DNA of 64,000 nucleotides from Squalus acanthias (taxonomy: Eukaryota): positions 27,344,001 to 27,408,000 of the forward strand of contig CM059433.1 of NCBI GenBank assembly GCA_030390025.1, written 5' to 3'. Numbering within the stretch: the stretch's first letter is position 1; the number at the start of each line of letters is the position of its first letter. The position numbers and the translations under genes were made by a program. Under the pieces are notes generated by a model. The model saw only the letters and a list, made by a program, of their open reading frames with translations. It was not told the DNA's origin and searched no databases. Shown piece by piece: positions 24,214-37,530 of this stretch.

Positions 24214-27026
24214 ATGACAAGGCTGGATGGCATTTATTTTAATGCAAGGAGTCTTGCGAGTAAGGCAGATGAATTGAAGGTGTTGATGAACACATGGGAG
24301 TATGATATTGTTGCTATCACAGAGACATGGTTGAGAGAGGGGCAGGACTGGCAGCTCAATATTCTGGGGTATAGAATCTTCAGGCGAGACAGAGGGGGGG
24401 TGTAAAAGAGAAGGGGGTGTCGCAATATTAATCAAGGAGTCAATTACTGCTGTAAGGAGGGATGATATCTTAGCAGGTTCCTCTAATGAGGCCATATGGG
24501 TAGAACTTAAAAACAAAAAGGGGGCAAGCACTTTGCTGGGAGTGTACTATAGGCCCCCCAAACAGTCAGGGGGAGATAGAGGAACAGATATATAGGCAAA
24601 TCTCAAAAGTGTAGAAATAATAGGGTAATAATAGTAGGGGATTTCAACTTCCCCAATATTAACTGGGATAGTCAGAGTGTGAAAGGCTTAGAGGGTGCGG
24701 AATTCTTAAAGTGCATCCAGGAGAGCTTTTTGAGCCAGCATGTAGAAAGTCCTCCAAGAGAGGGGGCGGTACTGGACCTAATTCTAGGGAATGTAGCCGG
24801 GCAAGTGGTAGAAGTGTTAGTAGGAGAGCATTTTGGTGACAGTGACCATAATTCGGTGAGATTTAAGGTAGTCATGGAAAAGGACAAAGATGGACCGGAG
24901 ATAAAGGTTCTAAATTGGGGGAAGGCCGATTTTAATATGATAAGGCAGGATTTGGCCAAAGTGGACTGGGATCAGCTACTTGTAGGAAAATCCACATCAG
25001 AGCAGTGGGAGTCTTTCAGAAAGGAAATAGAGAGAGTACAACGGCAACATGTTCCCGTAAAGGTCAAGGGTGGGACCAACAAGCCCAGGGAACCCTGGAT
25101 GTCAAGGGATATACGAGAATGGATTAGGGAAAAAAAGGGAGGCTTTTGGCAGATACAAAGGACTAAAAACAGTGGAAGCCCTAGAGGAGTATAGAAAGTG
25201 CAGGGGGGTACTTAAAAAAAGAAATTAGGAAAGCGAAGAGGGGGCATGAAATAACACTGGCGGGCAAAATAAAGGAAAATCCCAAGGTGTTTTTTAAGTA
25301 TATTAAGGGCAAGAGGATAACCAGGGAAAGAGTAGGGCCCATTAGGGACCAAAGTGGCAATCTGTGTGTGGAGCCAGAAGATGTAGGTGGGGTTTTAAAT
25401 GAATATTTTGCATCTGTGTTCACTATGGAGAAGGACGATGTAGGCATAGAAATCAGGCAGGGGGATTGTGATATACTTGAACAAATTAGTATTGAGGGAG
25501 GAGGTACTGGCGGTTTTAGCAGGCTTAAAAGTGGATAAATCCCCAGGCCCAGACGAGATGTATCCCAGGCTGCTGTGTGAGGCAAGGGAGGAGATTGCAG
25601 GGGCACTGACACAAATTTTCAGAACCTCTCTGGCCACAGGGGAGGTGCCAGAGGACTGGAGAACAGCTAACGTAGTACCATTATTCAAGAAGCGTAGTAG
25701 GGATAAACCAGGGAATTACAGGCCAATGAGCCTAACATCAGTGGTAGGGAAATTATTGGAAAAAATTCTGAGGGACAGAATTAGTCTCCACTTGGAGAGG
25801 CAAGGATTAATCAAGGATAGTCAGCATGGCTTTGTCAGGGGGAGATCATGTCTAACCAATTTGATTGAATTTTTCGAGGGGGTGACTAGGTGTGTGGATG
25901 AGGGTAATGCAGTTGATGTAGTCTACATGGACTTCAGTAAGGCTTTTGACAAAGTCCCACATGGGAGACTGGTCTAGAAGGTAAAAGCCCATGGGATCCA
26001 GGGCAACTTGGCACATTGGATCCAAAATTGGCTCAGTGGCAGGAGGCAGAGGGTGATGGTCGAAGGTTATTTTTGTGACTGGAAGCCTGTGTTCAGTGGT
26101 GTACCGCAGGGATCGGTGCTGGGTCCTTTTGCTGTTTGTAGTGTACATTAATGATTTAGATATGAATGTAGGAGGTATCAGTAAGTTTGCAGATGACACG
26201 AAAATTGGTGGGGTGGTAAATAGCGAGGAGGGAAGCCTCAGGCTACAGGACGATATAGACGGGTTGGTTAGATGGGCAGAACAGTGGCAAATGGAATTTA
26301 ACCCTGAAAAGTGTGAGGTGATGCATTTTGGGAGGACTAACAAGGCAAGGGAATACACAATGAATGGTAGGACCCTAGGAAGGACAGAGGATCAGAGGGA
26401 CTTTGGCGTGCATGTACATAGATCCCTGAAGGCAGCAGGACAGGTAGATAAGGTGGTTAAAAAGGCATATGGGATACTTGCCTTCATTAGCCGAGGCATA
26501 GAATATAAGAGCAGGGAGATTATGATGGAGCTGTACAAAACGCTAGTTAGGCCACAGCTGGAATACTGTGTGCAGTTCTGGTCGCCACACTATAGGAAGG
26601 ATGTGATTGCATTGGAGAGGGTGCAGAGGAGATTCACCAGGATGTTACCTGGGCTGCAGCGCTTCAACTATGAAGAGAGACTGGACAGGCTGGGGTTGGT
26701 TTTCCTTAGAGCAGAGAAGGCTGAGGGGGGACCTGATTGAGGTGTACAAAATTATGAGGGGCATAGATAGGGTAGATAGAAAGGAACTTTTCCCCTTAGT
26801 AGAGGGGTCAATAACCAGGGGGCATAGTTTCAAGGTAAGGGGCAGGAGGTTTAGAGGGGATTTGAGGAAAAACTTTTTCACCCAGAGGGTGGTTGGAATC
26901 TGGAACTCACTGCCTGAAAGGGTGGTAGAGGCAGGAACCCTCACAACATTCAAGAAGCATTTAGATGAGCACTTGAAACGCCATAGCATACAAGGCTACG
27001 GATCAAGTGCTGGAAAATGGGATTAG
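24214..27026 (+). pseudogene. CR1 ORF2 (APE endonuclease + reverse transcriptase), frameshifted
   Basis: YFNARSL, ITETWL, SDH, KSPGPDE, DFSKAFDKVPH and FADDTK motifs. Confidence 0.9.
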
Positions 27027-27457
27027 AATAGACAGGGCTTGATGGCCGGTGCGGACACGATGGGCCGAAGGGCCTCTTTCTGTGCTGTATAACTCTATGG
27101 GGGAAAAATTAGGTCGCGCCCCATTTGGGGCGCAAATATTGTCTGGACGCAAATATTAGCGCCTGGCGCTAATTATCGCCACTGACTGGAAACTTCACTT
27201 TTACCGCCCCGGGAGGTGAGTGGAGCGCTAAATCAGGTGCTGCACACCTGTCTTAAGGCGCAAAGGCCGAGCAGTGAGGCGCTAACTCAGCACGCGAGCG
27301 CAGCGCAGGTGCTGCCAGTTAGCGAGGGAACACAGACACACTGGCGCCGGCCAGTTCTTAAAGCGGGGGGGGGCCACTTGCTCCCCAGCCACACCCTGCT
27401 CATTGCAGCCTTGAATCTCGGCCTGGAGAGACCTGTGAATCCATTTTGCTGCCAAGG

Positions 27458-29276
27458 ATGGAGAGGGTGAGAGAACGAGCTCATCGCTTCACCGAGCGGG
27501 CCTTGGATGCTCTGGTTGGCGCGGTGGAGCGCAGAAGATGTATACTCTTCCCTGAGAGTGGCAGGAGGCCTTTGCCACGCGAGTATAGAAGAGTGTGGAG
27601 GGAGGTGGCTCAGAGCGTCTCCTCCAGGAGCATGGTGCCCAGGACCCATGTTCAATGCCGCAAAAAGTTCAACGACCTCACTCGGGTCGTCAGGGTGAGT
27701 GGCTTTTTCTCAATACCTCTCCATCCCTCCATCTCAACCTCACTCTATGGCCAGAGGGTCTTAAAACCCCAATGCACAACACTCATCCAACACCTATGGC
27801 CCTTTCATGAAACACACACACACATTCCACACTTTGCATACAGTAAGGGCTATTCACCTATGGGAGGCACATCAGGCAAGACCATGGCTGCATACAGCAA
27901 GGGCTATTCACCTATGGGAGGCACATCAGGCAAGACCATGGCTGTATATTTACTCAGATGCTGTCCTTTTTCTTGCAGGCCAAGCTGGCGCATAATAGGA
28001 GACAGCAGCAACGGACAGGTGGAGGGCGGCCTCAGCTGCAACCCCTCAGCGATCTTGAGGAGCGCGTCCACAGGATTGTGGCAAGCCGGGTGATCGGTCC
28101 CGTCGCCACTGGAGACACCGACCCCGTTCTGGACAGCATTGGTAAGGTCATCACCTTTTTGTCCTCTGTCCTTCCACTTGTCCCTCACAACACCAGCCTT
28201 TGACACTTTCGATCCAACTTGCTAACTCGCTGCACTTATTCCTCCCTTACTGCCACCCTGTCCTCACGCTAAAGCCACTCTTGTACCTCCCTGCTTTCAG
28301 ATGGTGATTCACCAGCTGAGGAGACGGGCCCTGAAGCTGCCAGTGGGAGTGAAGCTGCAGCCGAGGAGGAAGAGGAAGCCGGAGCATCAGTGCCACCCTC
28401 TCCCGAGGAAGCCCATGCCCACACTGGGAACACGCCTTCCCTGGAGGGGAGCAGGGGGGAAGGCTCTGATGAGGGTGAAGCTCCAGGACCCAGCGGGCTG
28501 CAGCAACGCCATGGGGGTAGGGAAGAATGGGGGCCTTCTCCCCAGAGGAGAGTATGCCAGAGACTCCTACTGCAATGGACGCAGAGGAGGAGTGGCTGAT
28601 CGCAGAAATGAACACCCAGGCGGTGGGCATGCACACTGAGCTCATGGGTGCAGTGGGAAGGGTGCCCGAATGCATTGAGTCACTGGCAAGGAGTGTGGAG
28701 CACTTCGCTGTAGCACAGGCGGATGCCACACTAACGCTTAGTGCTGCAATTCAGTCACTGGCTGCCGTGATCCCATCTCTGACTGCTCTCATGCAGACTC
28801 AGATTGAGGCCACACGAGCACAGACTGCTGCCAACCTCGATGGTTCGTTCACATGTCCCCGGGGCTCTCACCGCGCCGCAGCAGGCCAGCAATCTGTTCT
28901 CCAGCAGATTGCTCCGGATGCTGAAGTGCTGCCCCGTGGGAGTGCCAGTGTGTTGGGCGAGCAGGGAGTTGCTGTCCTCTCTCTCGATGACAGCATTCCT
29001 GCTGCCAACACTGTCACTTCTCCACTGCACTTGCCACCGCCTGTAGGACAGACTGCTGCCGCCCATGCAGAGTTGGTGCAGTCTGCAGCCGGGCCCTCCA
29101 GGCCCAGAACTGGTCGAGGCCGTCCTTCAGGGGCATCTGCAGTGTCAGGGTCTGACGATCAGCAGCCTTCCACCAGCCTTGCTGCAGCCACTGAGGTCCT
29201 ATTACGGAGGAGCAGTAGGGTTAGAAGGGGGGAAGTGCGCAAGGGAAGGAGATCACCCTCGAAGGGCAAAAAGTAG
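27458..29276 (+). pseudogene. Harbinger Myb/SANT-like DNA-binding protein, 3 exons (27458-27694, 27979-28141, 28301-29276), one frameshift near 28530
   Basis: RFTERALDALV...W..VA...RTHVQCRKKFNDL trihelix motif; GT-AG sites (gtgagt, ttgcag, gtaagg, tttcag) give in-frame joins. Confidence 0.8.
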
Positions 29277-29581
29277 GAGGTGTGACAAAATGCTGGTCAT
29301 TTTTTTATTAAAGGCCGAGGTTCGTGGTCCAACTTTTGTTTAGTGTTTTGGACATTATCTCCAGGTTGTGAGAACCAGTTATGTTATTGACTGTTTTTTT
29401 GTGTTTATTTCTATGAGTTTGTCATGAGGAAATGACACACACAGAGTTTGTAAAATAAATAAGTTTTTGTATTCAAAATATACATGTTTGGAATTATTGG
29501 TGCCTTGGCCGGCTTAGGGGTTGCGTGCTGGGTTCATTGATGTTGTTAGCAATGGCAGAAGCCATTTCCACAGCAGGGGCC

Positions 29582-30721
29582 CTAGAAGCGGCTTGCTATT
29601 AGCCGTTGACGGACGGCCCTTGCAGTTTCACCATTGTGGGCCGCCCTCCCGCCTTGGTGCTGCTGATGATCATCGTCCTCGTCCTCTTCCTCCTCCTCCT
29701 CTGGTGGTGCTCCAAGGCCTGGTGGCATTGGCTGGGTCCTGACGATTGCCATGTTATGCAACATGCAGCACACAACTACGAAGTTGGATACTCGCTCAGG
29801 CGAGTACTGCAGGGCTCCTCCAGAATGGTCGAGACAGCGGAACCGTTGCTTCAGCACACCGATTGTGCGCTCAATGATGTTCCTGGTAGCTTGATGGCTC
29901 TCATTGTACCGCAGCTCAGCAGGGGTGTTGGGCATACGGAGCGGTGTCATCAGCCAGGTGCTCAATGGATACCCCTTGTCCCCGAGAAGCCAACCAACTG
30001 GCTGATGCGGTGCCTCAAAGTTCTGCCACAGTAGTCTGGCGCAGGATAAAAGCATCGTGGCAGCTGCCAGGATAGTGGGCATTGACAGCGAGTATCAGCT
30101 GTCTGTGGTCACAGACCAACTGAACATTCAAGGAATGGAACCCCTTTCTGTTCCGGAATTCCTCGGCATTCTCATGTGGAGCACGCAAAGCCACATGCGT
30201 GCAGTCAATGGCGCCCTGCACCATGGGGAAGCCCGCTATCCTCGCAAAGCCCAGAGCGCGGTCACGCTGCTTGTCTGGGGTCATGGGGAAAGAGATGAAC
30301 TCTCGTCTCCTTTTAAAGAGGGCATTTGTGACCTGCCGGATGCAGCAATGCACCGCGAACTGGGAGATATTGGCGAGGTCCCCAGCAGCAGCTTGAAATG
30401 AGCCAGTAGCATAGAAGTTGAGAGCCACTGTGACCTTCACTGCCACCGACAGACGTCCTGGACCTCAGTTGAGGCTGCAGATCTGGCTGCAGCAGGTGGC
30501 AGAGCTCAGTGACAACCTCCTTGCTGAATCGCAGCCTTCGCAAACACAGCTCCTCAGACATATGAATGTAGGAGAGCTGTTCACGATATACCCTGGGAGG
30601 GTAAGCTCTCCTGTACATACGCCTGTTGGCCCTCCTCCGTCTGGCCATCATTGCCACTCTCTCTCTGTGTCCTCCGATTCAGCTGGAGCAGGACGACGCC
30701 CCCAATCAGTGCAGCCCCCAT
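29582..30721 (-). pseudogene. HARBI1-like transposase with about three frameshifts
   Basis: [43 protein letters not shown] and CCMLHN motifs. Confidence 0.9.
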
Positions 30722-31379
30722 AGTCTCTTTGCAAGCAAAGTTATGAAGGACAGCAACCAAAGTACCAGCGAAGTTAGGATCAGTAGGCAAAACTACCTCA
30801 CACAGCGTTGACTCAATGCAGAAGTCTCTCTTTCTCTCTCTCTCCGAATCTCTCTCTCTCTCTCAGAACGAGTGGTGCAAAAATGTCAACCACAGAAAAA
30901 GACAGGAAGAGGCCCCCTTTAAATAGCGTCCCCCCCAGCCCCACAGCGATTGATAGCGTTCCAGTCTTCCGGTCGTTGGATGCGCCAGGCGGTAAGGCAG
31001 GGGGCGCCACTCAATTTCCGCTCCGGGGCGCCACAAGGGCGTTGCACCATGGAATGACATCACAATCTGCGCGCGCAGGTGGTCGCAGCGGTAAAGTTTA
31101 GCGCCGCCGCACAATGTCTAGTTAAGTTCCCGAGCGGCGCAAACATCGCTGCGCCCGGGCGTTAGCGGCTTTGCGCCCCATTAGCGCCCTCTTAAGGCGC
31201 TAACGGGAGGCGCAACCAACTGAATTTTTACCCCGATGACTCTATGACCTGTTGCTAGAGTGGCAGCTCCTATGTTCACTGCAGTCCTGGGATAATCCAT
31301 CAATTTCTTCCTCCATCATGCAATAATCACCAATAATCATTAAATCTGAGCTCTTAGGAAGAAAGCTCTTCTCTCATTG

Positions 31380-31590
31380 CTTTTTTGTTATTTATTCTGA
31401 GAATATGGGCATTGCTGGCAACACTGGCATTTATTGGCCATCCCTAGTCGCCCTAAAAACTGAGTGGCTTTCAAACGCAGTTAAGAGTCAACCACATTCT
31501 TGTGGGACTGGAGTCACATATAGGCCAGACCGGGTAAGGACGGCAAGTTTCCTTCTATGAAGCATATTAGTGAACCAGTTGGGTTTTGAC
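31380..31590 (-). mobile_element. SINE 3' fragment (same family as 46174-46575)
   Basis: Reverse-complement similarity to 46370-46560. Confidence 0.65.
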
Positions 31591-31680
31591 TGTAGAGGAG
31601 CAGTGAATGTGTTTCTCAGAAGAATGATGCTGTGGGAATTGGAGCAGGTTGATGGGTGAACTGTATGGCTTCTCTTTTTA

Positions 31681-33210
31681 CATAAGAACATAAGAACATA
31701 AGAAATAGGAGCAGGAGTAGGCCAATCGGCCCCTCGAGCCTGCTCCGCCATTCAATAAGATCATGGCTGATCTGATCCTAACCGCCAATCTACTATCTAT
31801 CACAGAACCATCTCCTGCATCTAACAGAATTGCACACACGAAATAGGAGCAGAATCAGGCTACACAGTCCCTGGGCCCGCTCCACTACCCACAGGGCCAT
31901 GACCGATCCGAACCTAGACTCATGTCCAAATTCCTGCCCGCTCCCCGTAACCCTTAATGCCCTTTACTTCTAGGAAACTGTCTATTTCTGTTTTAAATTT
32001 AATTAATGTTGTAGCTTCTACAGCTTTTTGTGGCAGCATATTCCATGGACCTACCACCCTCTGAGTGAAGTAGTTCCTCCTCATCTCAGTTTTGAAAGAG
32101 CAGCCCCTTATTCTAAGACTATGTCCCCTAGTTCTCGTCTCACCCGTCATCGGGAACATCCTCCCCGCATCCACCCGATCCAACCCCTTCACAATCTTAT
32201 ATGTTTCAATAAGATCACCTCTCATTCTTCTGAACTCCAATGAGTAGAGTCCCAATCTACCCAACCTCTCCTCATATGACCACCCCCTCATCCCCGGGAT
32301 TAACCGAGTGAACCTTTTTTGCACTGCCTCGAGAGCAAGGATGTCTTTCCTTAAGTAAGGACACCAAAACTGTATGCAGTATTCCAGGTGCGGTCTCACC
32401 AATACCTTGTACAACTGAAGCAATACCTCCCTATTTTTATATTCTATCCCCCTAGCAATGAAAGCCAACATTCCATTTGCCTTCTTAATCACTTGCTGCA
32501 CCTGCATACTAACCTTTTGAGTTTCGTGCACCAGGACCCCCAGATCCCTTTGCACTTCAGTACTCTCCAGTTTCTTGCCATTAAGATAATAAATTGCTCT
32601 AGGATTTTTCCTGCCAAAGTGCATCACCTCACACTTTCCAGTGTTGTATTCCATCTGCCAAATCTCTGCCCACTTACTTAGCCTGTCTATGTCCCCTTGC
32701 AGGTTTTTTATGTCCTCCTCACTCACTACTTTCCCTCCCATCTTTGTATCATCTGCAAATTTTGATATGTTACACTTGGTCCCTTCCTCCAAATCGTTAA
32801 TATAGATTGTGAAGAGTTGGGGACCCAGCACTGACCCCTGTGGAACACCACTAGTTACTGATTGCCAGTCTGAGAATGAACCATTTATCCCAACTCTTTG
32901 CTTTCTGTTAGATAGCCAATCCTCTATCCATGCCAGAATATTACCCCCAATCCCGTGATTTTTTACCTTAAGCAATAATCTTTTGTGTGGCACCTTGTCA
33001 AATGCCTTTTGGAAGTCTAAATACACTACGTCCACTGGTTCCCCTTTATCCACTCTATATGTTACTTCCTCAAAGAACTCCAGCAAATTTGTCAAACATG
33101 ACTTCCCCTTCGTAAAACCATGCTGACTTTGTCCTATTAAATTATGATTATCCAAATGTCCTGTTACTGTTTCCTTAATAATGGACTCCAAAATTTTACC
33201 TACCACAGAT
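31681..33210 (-). mobile_element. 5'-truncated CR1 LINE, family 2
   Basis: Open RT frame (DFQKAFDKVPH, FADDTK) and (ttcttatg)n tail. Confidence 0.92.
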
Positions 33211-34546
33211 GGTGGGATAGAGTAGTTGATGCTCAGGGGAAAGGCATACCCATTTTGGAACAAGGAGATGGAAAACTACTGAACATATCCTCCCTCACTA
33301 ATTCAGAGGCTTGCAGCCTTCAGCAACTAGGACTGAAGCTCCAAAACGAGATGCAAAGCAAGAAGTCAAAAATAGAGAACTTACTTCACAGCAGCAGCCT
33401 GTCCCTTTAAGGGAGCTAACATATAAATACCAGCACAGGAAGCAGTGGCACTAGGTTTTTATGGGGATAGCCTGCCCCTGACCTGTAACCAGCAGAAGAA
33501 GAGGAAATCTGATTGCAGTCCAGGGTAACATTATTTGCCCATCTATTACCATCTTATTTAAATAGCTGCAATACTTCAGACGCAATTAGTTAAACCACAG
33601 AAAGCCATAGATGAAGTTTCAAACATTGCAAATGAGGCACTGAACCAGCACAACAGGCCCGTGCCCATTTCTCCACTACGTTGCGCCCGTAATTTAGTCA
33701 CAGTTTGGCAGCAGGGAAGAGGAAAATTACCCTATAAAGTACAGTGTATGTTTTTTGTTGCAGATAGGATTGGAACAGAATACCACTATGCTCTAAGAAA
33801 ATGCTTTATTATAGACAAAATCAAATTATGGTTGAATTTGTTTTTTTAATAATGTCTTCTTACAGTGGAATCAATTTAGCTGTCTATGACTTTGTGTGAT
33901 TGTGCCCAGAAATTAAAAATGGCAATTGCTAATGGCAAATATTAGTCTCAAGTAATGTGTGCATTAGTGCAGGGGTCACCTAGAATTTGTTCCACCAAAC
34001 ATATTGAAATTATAAAGTATGTCTGTGACAAAAGGAATGTGCAGCAAGTCAAAAACTACACTCCTGGAGGACTTCATTTACTGGCTGAAGTCCAGCTAGT
34101 TAGCTGCAAATAGATTCTTATTATGTGGAACATCCAATGCAGATTATTAAATCCAGAAATAATTTTGGAGAACATCGGAAAAATCTGTAACAAGAGAATA
34201 ACCCCTGTCAAGACAATATCTTAGATTGTGTGTGCATCTGACCTACAATTTATAGTTTCTAGGAAATCTTTGAGCAATATTCCCTAGTGTCTCAGTAAGG
34301 GAAAAGGAAGCACAGTGGTTCAAGATGCTGGCTTTTGTTCTCAAAATCTAAATTTGTATCCAGCTCAGTATAGTGTTATATGATTACGTTGGACAAGTCG
34401 CAAGTAAAATCATCCAATTTGAAGGTAAATGTGTTGTTCCTTTTTTATTGACTTCAGAAAAATGTAGACGCAACATCTAAAGATTTTCATCATAATCTTG
34501 AGAGCCCTCTTCTGTGGTCAATCTACCTCTATCTAACAGCCTATGT

Positions 34547-35387
34547 GGGCACGATCTTGCCAGCCCTGGGTAGGCGGGTTTGGAGGTGGGACTGCCGGGA
34601 AAATGGCAGAATCTGGGGGCGGGTGCCCAACCCGCCCCCAACCCGCCTTCGTGCCATCTTCCCGGGAGGCGGGTAGCCGATCCGCGCCGGGTCCCGTCTC
34701 CTGGAGGCGGGAAGGGGATTACAGCCACTTAACTGTCTGTTAACAGGTATTTAACAGGCAGTTAAGAGCATTATCCCCATTTTACCCACACAAGTGCAGG
34801 CTTCCCGAAGGCTGCGAGCCCCGCCAGGGTCAGCGAGGCGAGCAGTGGGTCTACGGGGTCGGAGGGGTGCAAAAGTGCGCTGTGAAGGTAAGTGATGGGT
34901 GCAAGTGTGGAGAGGTAAGTATGTGAGGTGAGTGGAAAGTGATAGAAAATGTTTACTTACCTTTGTTTCTTCCTGCAGGCTTCAACAGTGGGTGATGCGG
35001 AGAGTCTTGCATCTAACCGGCAGAGATGACAGATGTTTGCTGCATTCTCCAATGTAACAACCATCTAATTTCTGCTCACAAGAGGTTTGATGAGTCTTGA
35101 ATACAAGAACTCATCAAACAACATAGAATGTCAGTGTTTGACAGCTTACAGAGCTGTCAAACGAGGACAATTCATCTGTCAAAAAATTTTGACAGATGAA
35201 ACGTCATATGCTGACGTTCTCTGTAACCGGCTTCCCCTTAATTGGCCTGCTAAGCCAGCTGGGCGGGCTTAACAAGGTCAATCAAGGGAAAATAGCGTGG
35301 GTTGGCCAGAAGTCGATGGAGGCGGGACTAAAACCCGACAAGTGTGATCCCCGCCTCCAAAAGCTCCCCATTGGCAAAATCCAGCCC
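34547..35387. mobile_element. MITE (Harbinger-like)
   Basis: Imperfect TIRs gggcacgatcttgcca / tggcaaaatccagccc; 3-bp TSD TGT. Confidence 0.6.
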
Positions 35388-36712
35388 TGTGTGTCCAGGG
35401 CATTAGCAAATGAAAAAGAGGCAGAGACCTGAAATGCTGGATCTCCATACCCTTTGCATTTGCTGCACATTTCCTGGAGCTTCCCTGGTGTGGATGGGAA
35501 GCTCCTGCCTGAAACAGGCAGAGTATATAAATTGTATATTTTACAGGAGAGTGACATCATTATACCTCCAATGTCATTTTCCTAGGATTCCAACCGGTGG
35601 AAAACTGCACCATGTATTGCCCAAGGAAACAGTGCAGTACAGAAAAAAAAATAAAGTCTTGCATTTATATTGCGCCTCTCATGACCTCAGGATGTCCCAA
35701 AGCGCTTTACAACCAATTAAGTACTTTTGAAGTGTAGTCACTGTTGTAATGTAGGAAATATTGGATGTCAGTTTCGCCTTTAGATTAGGTATCTGAAAAG
35801 TTACAGTCAGCAACCTCAGGAAAAATATAATTCCTTTCTAGAGTGCAGCAGGGCTACACTTATGGCTGAAGGCAATGTTACTTTTGTTTCTCATAGCAGT
35901 CAGCAGGGCAAAATGCCCCCAGGAGTTTGCCCCTCCCTGATTTGGTGTAAGTGCTGATTCACAGCAGTAGTCCTGCTGGCACTTGTCCAACATATATAAA
36001 TGTGCTGAACTTGGAAATGTGTGTTCAGCTAAGCTCAAAATCAGGCCCAGTTTGACTCCTTTTCTACACCATATTCTCCAAAAAAGTTTCTAAAACATAT
36101 TAGTGTTTCTGATCCAAAGCAATTTTGTGTAACTCTAGAATTGCTGCTATCATGGACATGATTTAGTTAGCTGAACATTGTTATTATTATAAAATTTACA
36201 GGCTGATTACAAGTTCTGATAAAAGAGTACCTATATTCCAACTAGACTGCCATGAGTTCAACTCCTAAGATTGTCTATCTAGACAATATTGCTTGAGAAC
36301 AACTTTTGACAGTCTTCAAAGGTTGACTCACAGGCCTCACTAGGACAAATCAGAAACAAAACTGGTAATGTTAAATTTGAAGATGACACCAACCCTGGGA
36401 GCGGGAAGGGTGCTTATTGCAGATCCAGATACAAAGAAAGCTTGATAGAATCTGTACCTGGATTGCTCAGTGGCAAATTAAGTTTAATATGGATAAATGC
36501 AAGGTACTGCATTTTAGAAGTAAAAGTAGGAGGCATGTATACTCTGTGAATGGGAACTTGCGAAAGGGGAAACTGAAGGAGATCTAGGATGTAAATTGAC
36601 TTGCTGCTCACCATGTTTAAACAGTATGCGGCAAATAGATTGCCAGGTTATATCACCAAATCAGTTGAGTCATGCTAAAGTTGTACAGGGCCCTGGTCAG
36701 ATTATATCTATA

Positions 36713-37530
36713 GGGGGAAAAATTCGGTTGGTTAGCGCCTCCAGGGGGTGCTAACAGGGCGCTAGGAACTTAGCGCCCGAGCACGGCGATTTTAGCGCCG
36801 CTCGCGAAATTGACCAGACGTTTTGCAGCGGCGCTAAACACTACCGCCACGATCTCCTGCACCCGCAGATCGTGATGTTAGTCGATCGTGCAACGCTCCG
36901 GTAGCGCCCCGGACCGGATATTAAGTCGCCTTAGCGCCTACCACTAGGAACAACAGGTAGAGGGGAACGTTTTCAAGTCAGGAAGGGGCTGGGAGAGCGC
37001 TATTTAAAGGCAGCCGCTTCCTGCCTTTTCTTGTCGGCAAAATTTTTGGTACACGCAGGTTGAAAGGGAGAGAGATGTCTGGAGAGATTTAACACTGTCC
37101 TAAGGAGTTTTGGGCCTCAGCACCACTTTTGAGGTTCCTAAGCGCCGAGCTCTTCCCCTGGGCCTATCCATTAGTGCTTCCAACACAGTGCTTTAGAGGT
37201 CTCTCCAGGCCGAGATTCAAGGCTGCAATGAGCAGGGTGTGGCTGGCCAGCAAGATGGCCCCTCCCCTTTAAGAACTGGACGGCGCCAGTCTGCCTGGCT
37301 TCCATGGTAACTGACATCGCCTGAGCTTCAGTAGCCTTCTGAGGTAGCACCTCACTCCCCGACGTTAGCGCCTTAAGAGAGGTGTGTAGCGCCTGATTTA
37401 GTGCTCAAATCACCTCCAGGGGCGATAGAGGCGAGTTTTGCAGTCGGAGGTGATAATTAGCGCCGGGCGCTAAACTTTGCGCCCGGCCGATATTAGCGCC
37501 CCAAAATGGGCGATTCCCAATTTTTCCCCC
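36713..37530. mobile_element. 818-bp non-autonomous derivative of Harbinger family A, inserted in an old CR1 remnant
   Basis: Perfect 12-bp TIRs GGGGGAAAAATT; TSD ATA; 37200-37530 is the reverse complement of 27099-27430. Confidence 0.9.

Larger units (their letters stand above)
22579..27098 (+). mobile_element. Near full-length CR1 LINE (ORF1 + ORF2, disrupted); tail resumes at 31235-31248
   Basis: 5' UTR with a duplicated ~48-bp unit (22581, 22883), both ORFs, and a (ctctatga) tail. Confidence 0.92.
27099..31234. mobile_element. Full-length PIF/Harbinger transposon, family A (4136 bp)
   Basis: TIRs GGGGGAAAAATT / AATTTTTACCCC; imperfect TSD tat/gat; two convergent genes; inserted in the CR1 tail. 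Confidence 0.92.

Noticed and set aside
29582..30721. Domesticated HARBI1 or NAIF1/MSANTD host genes
   Set aside because: Flanked by TIRs, frameshifted and present in several copies in the window, so these are transposon copies.
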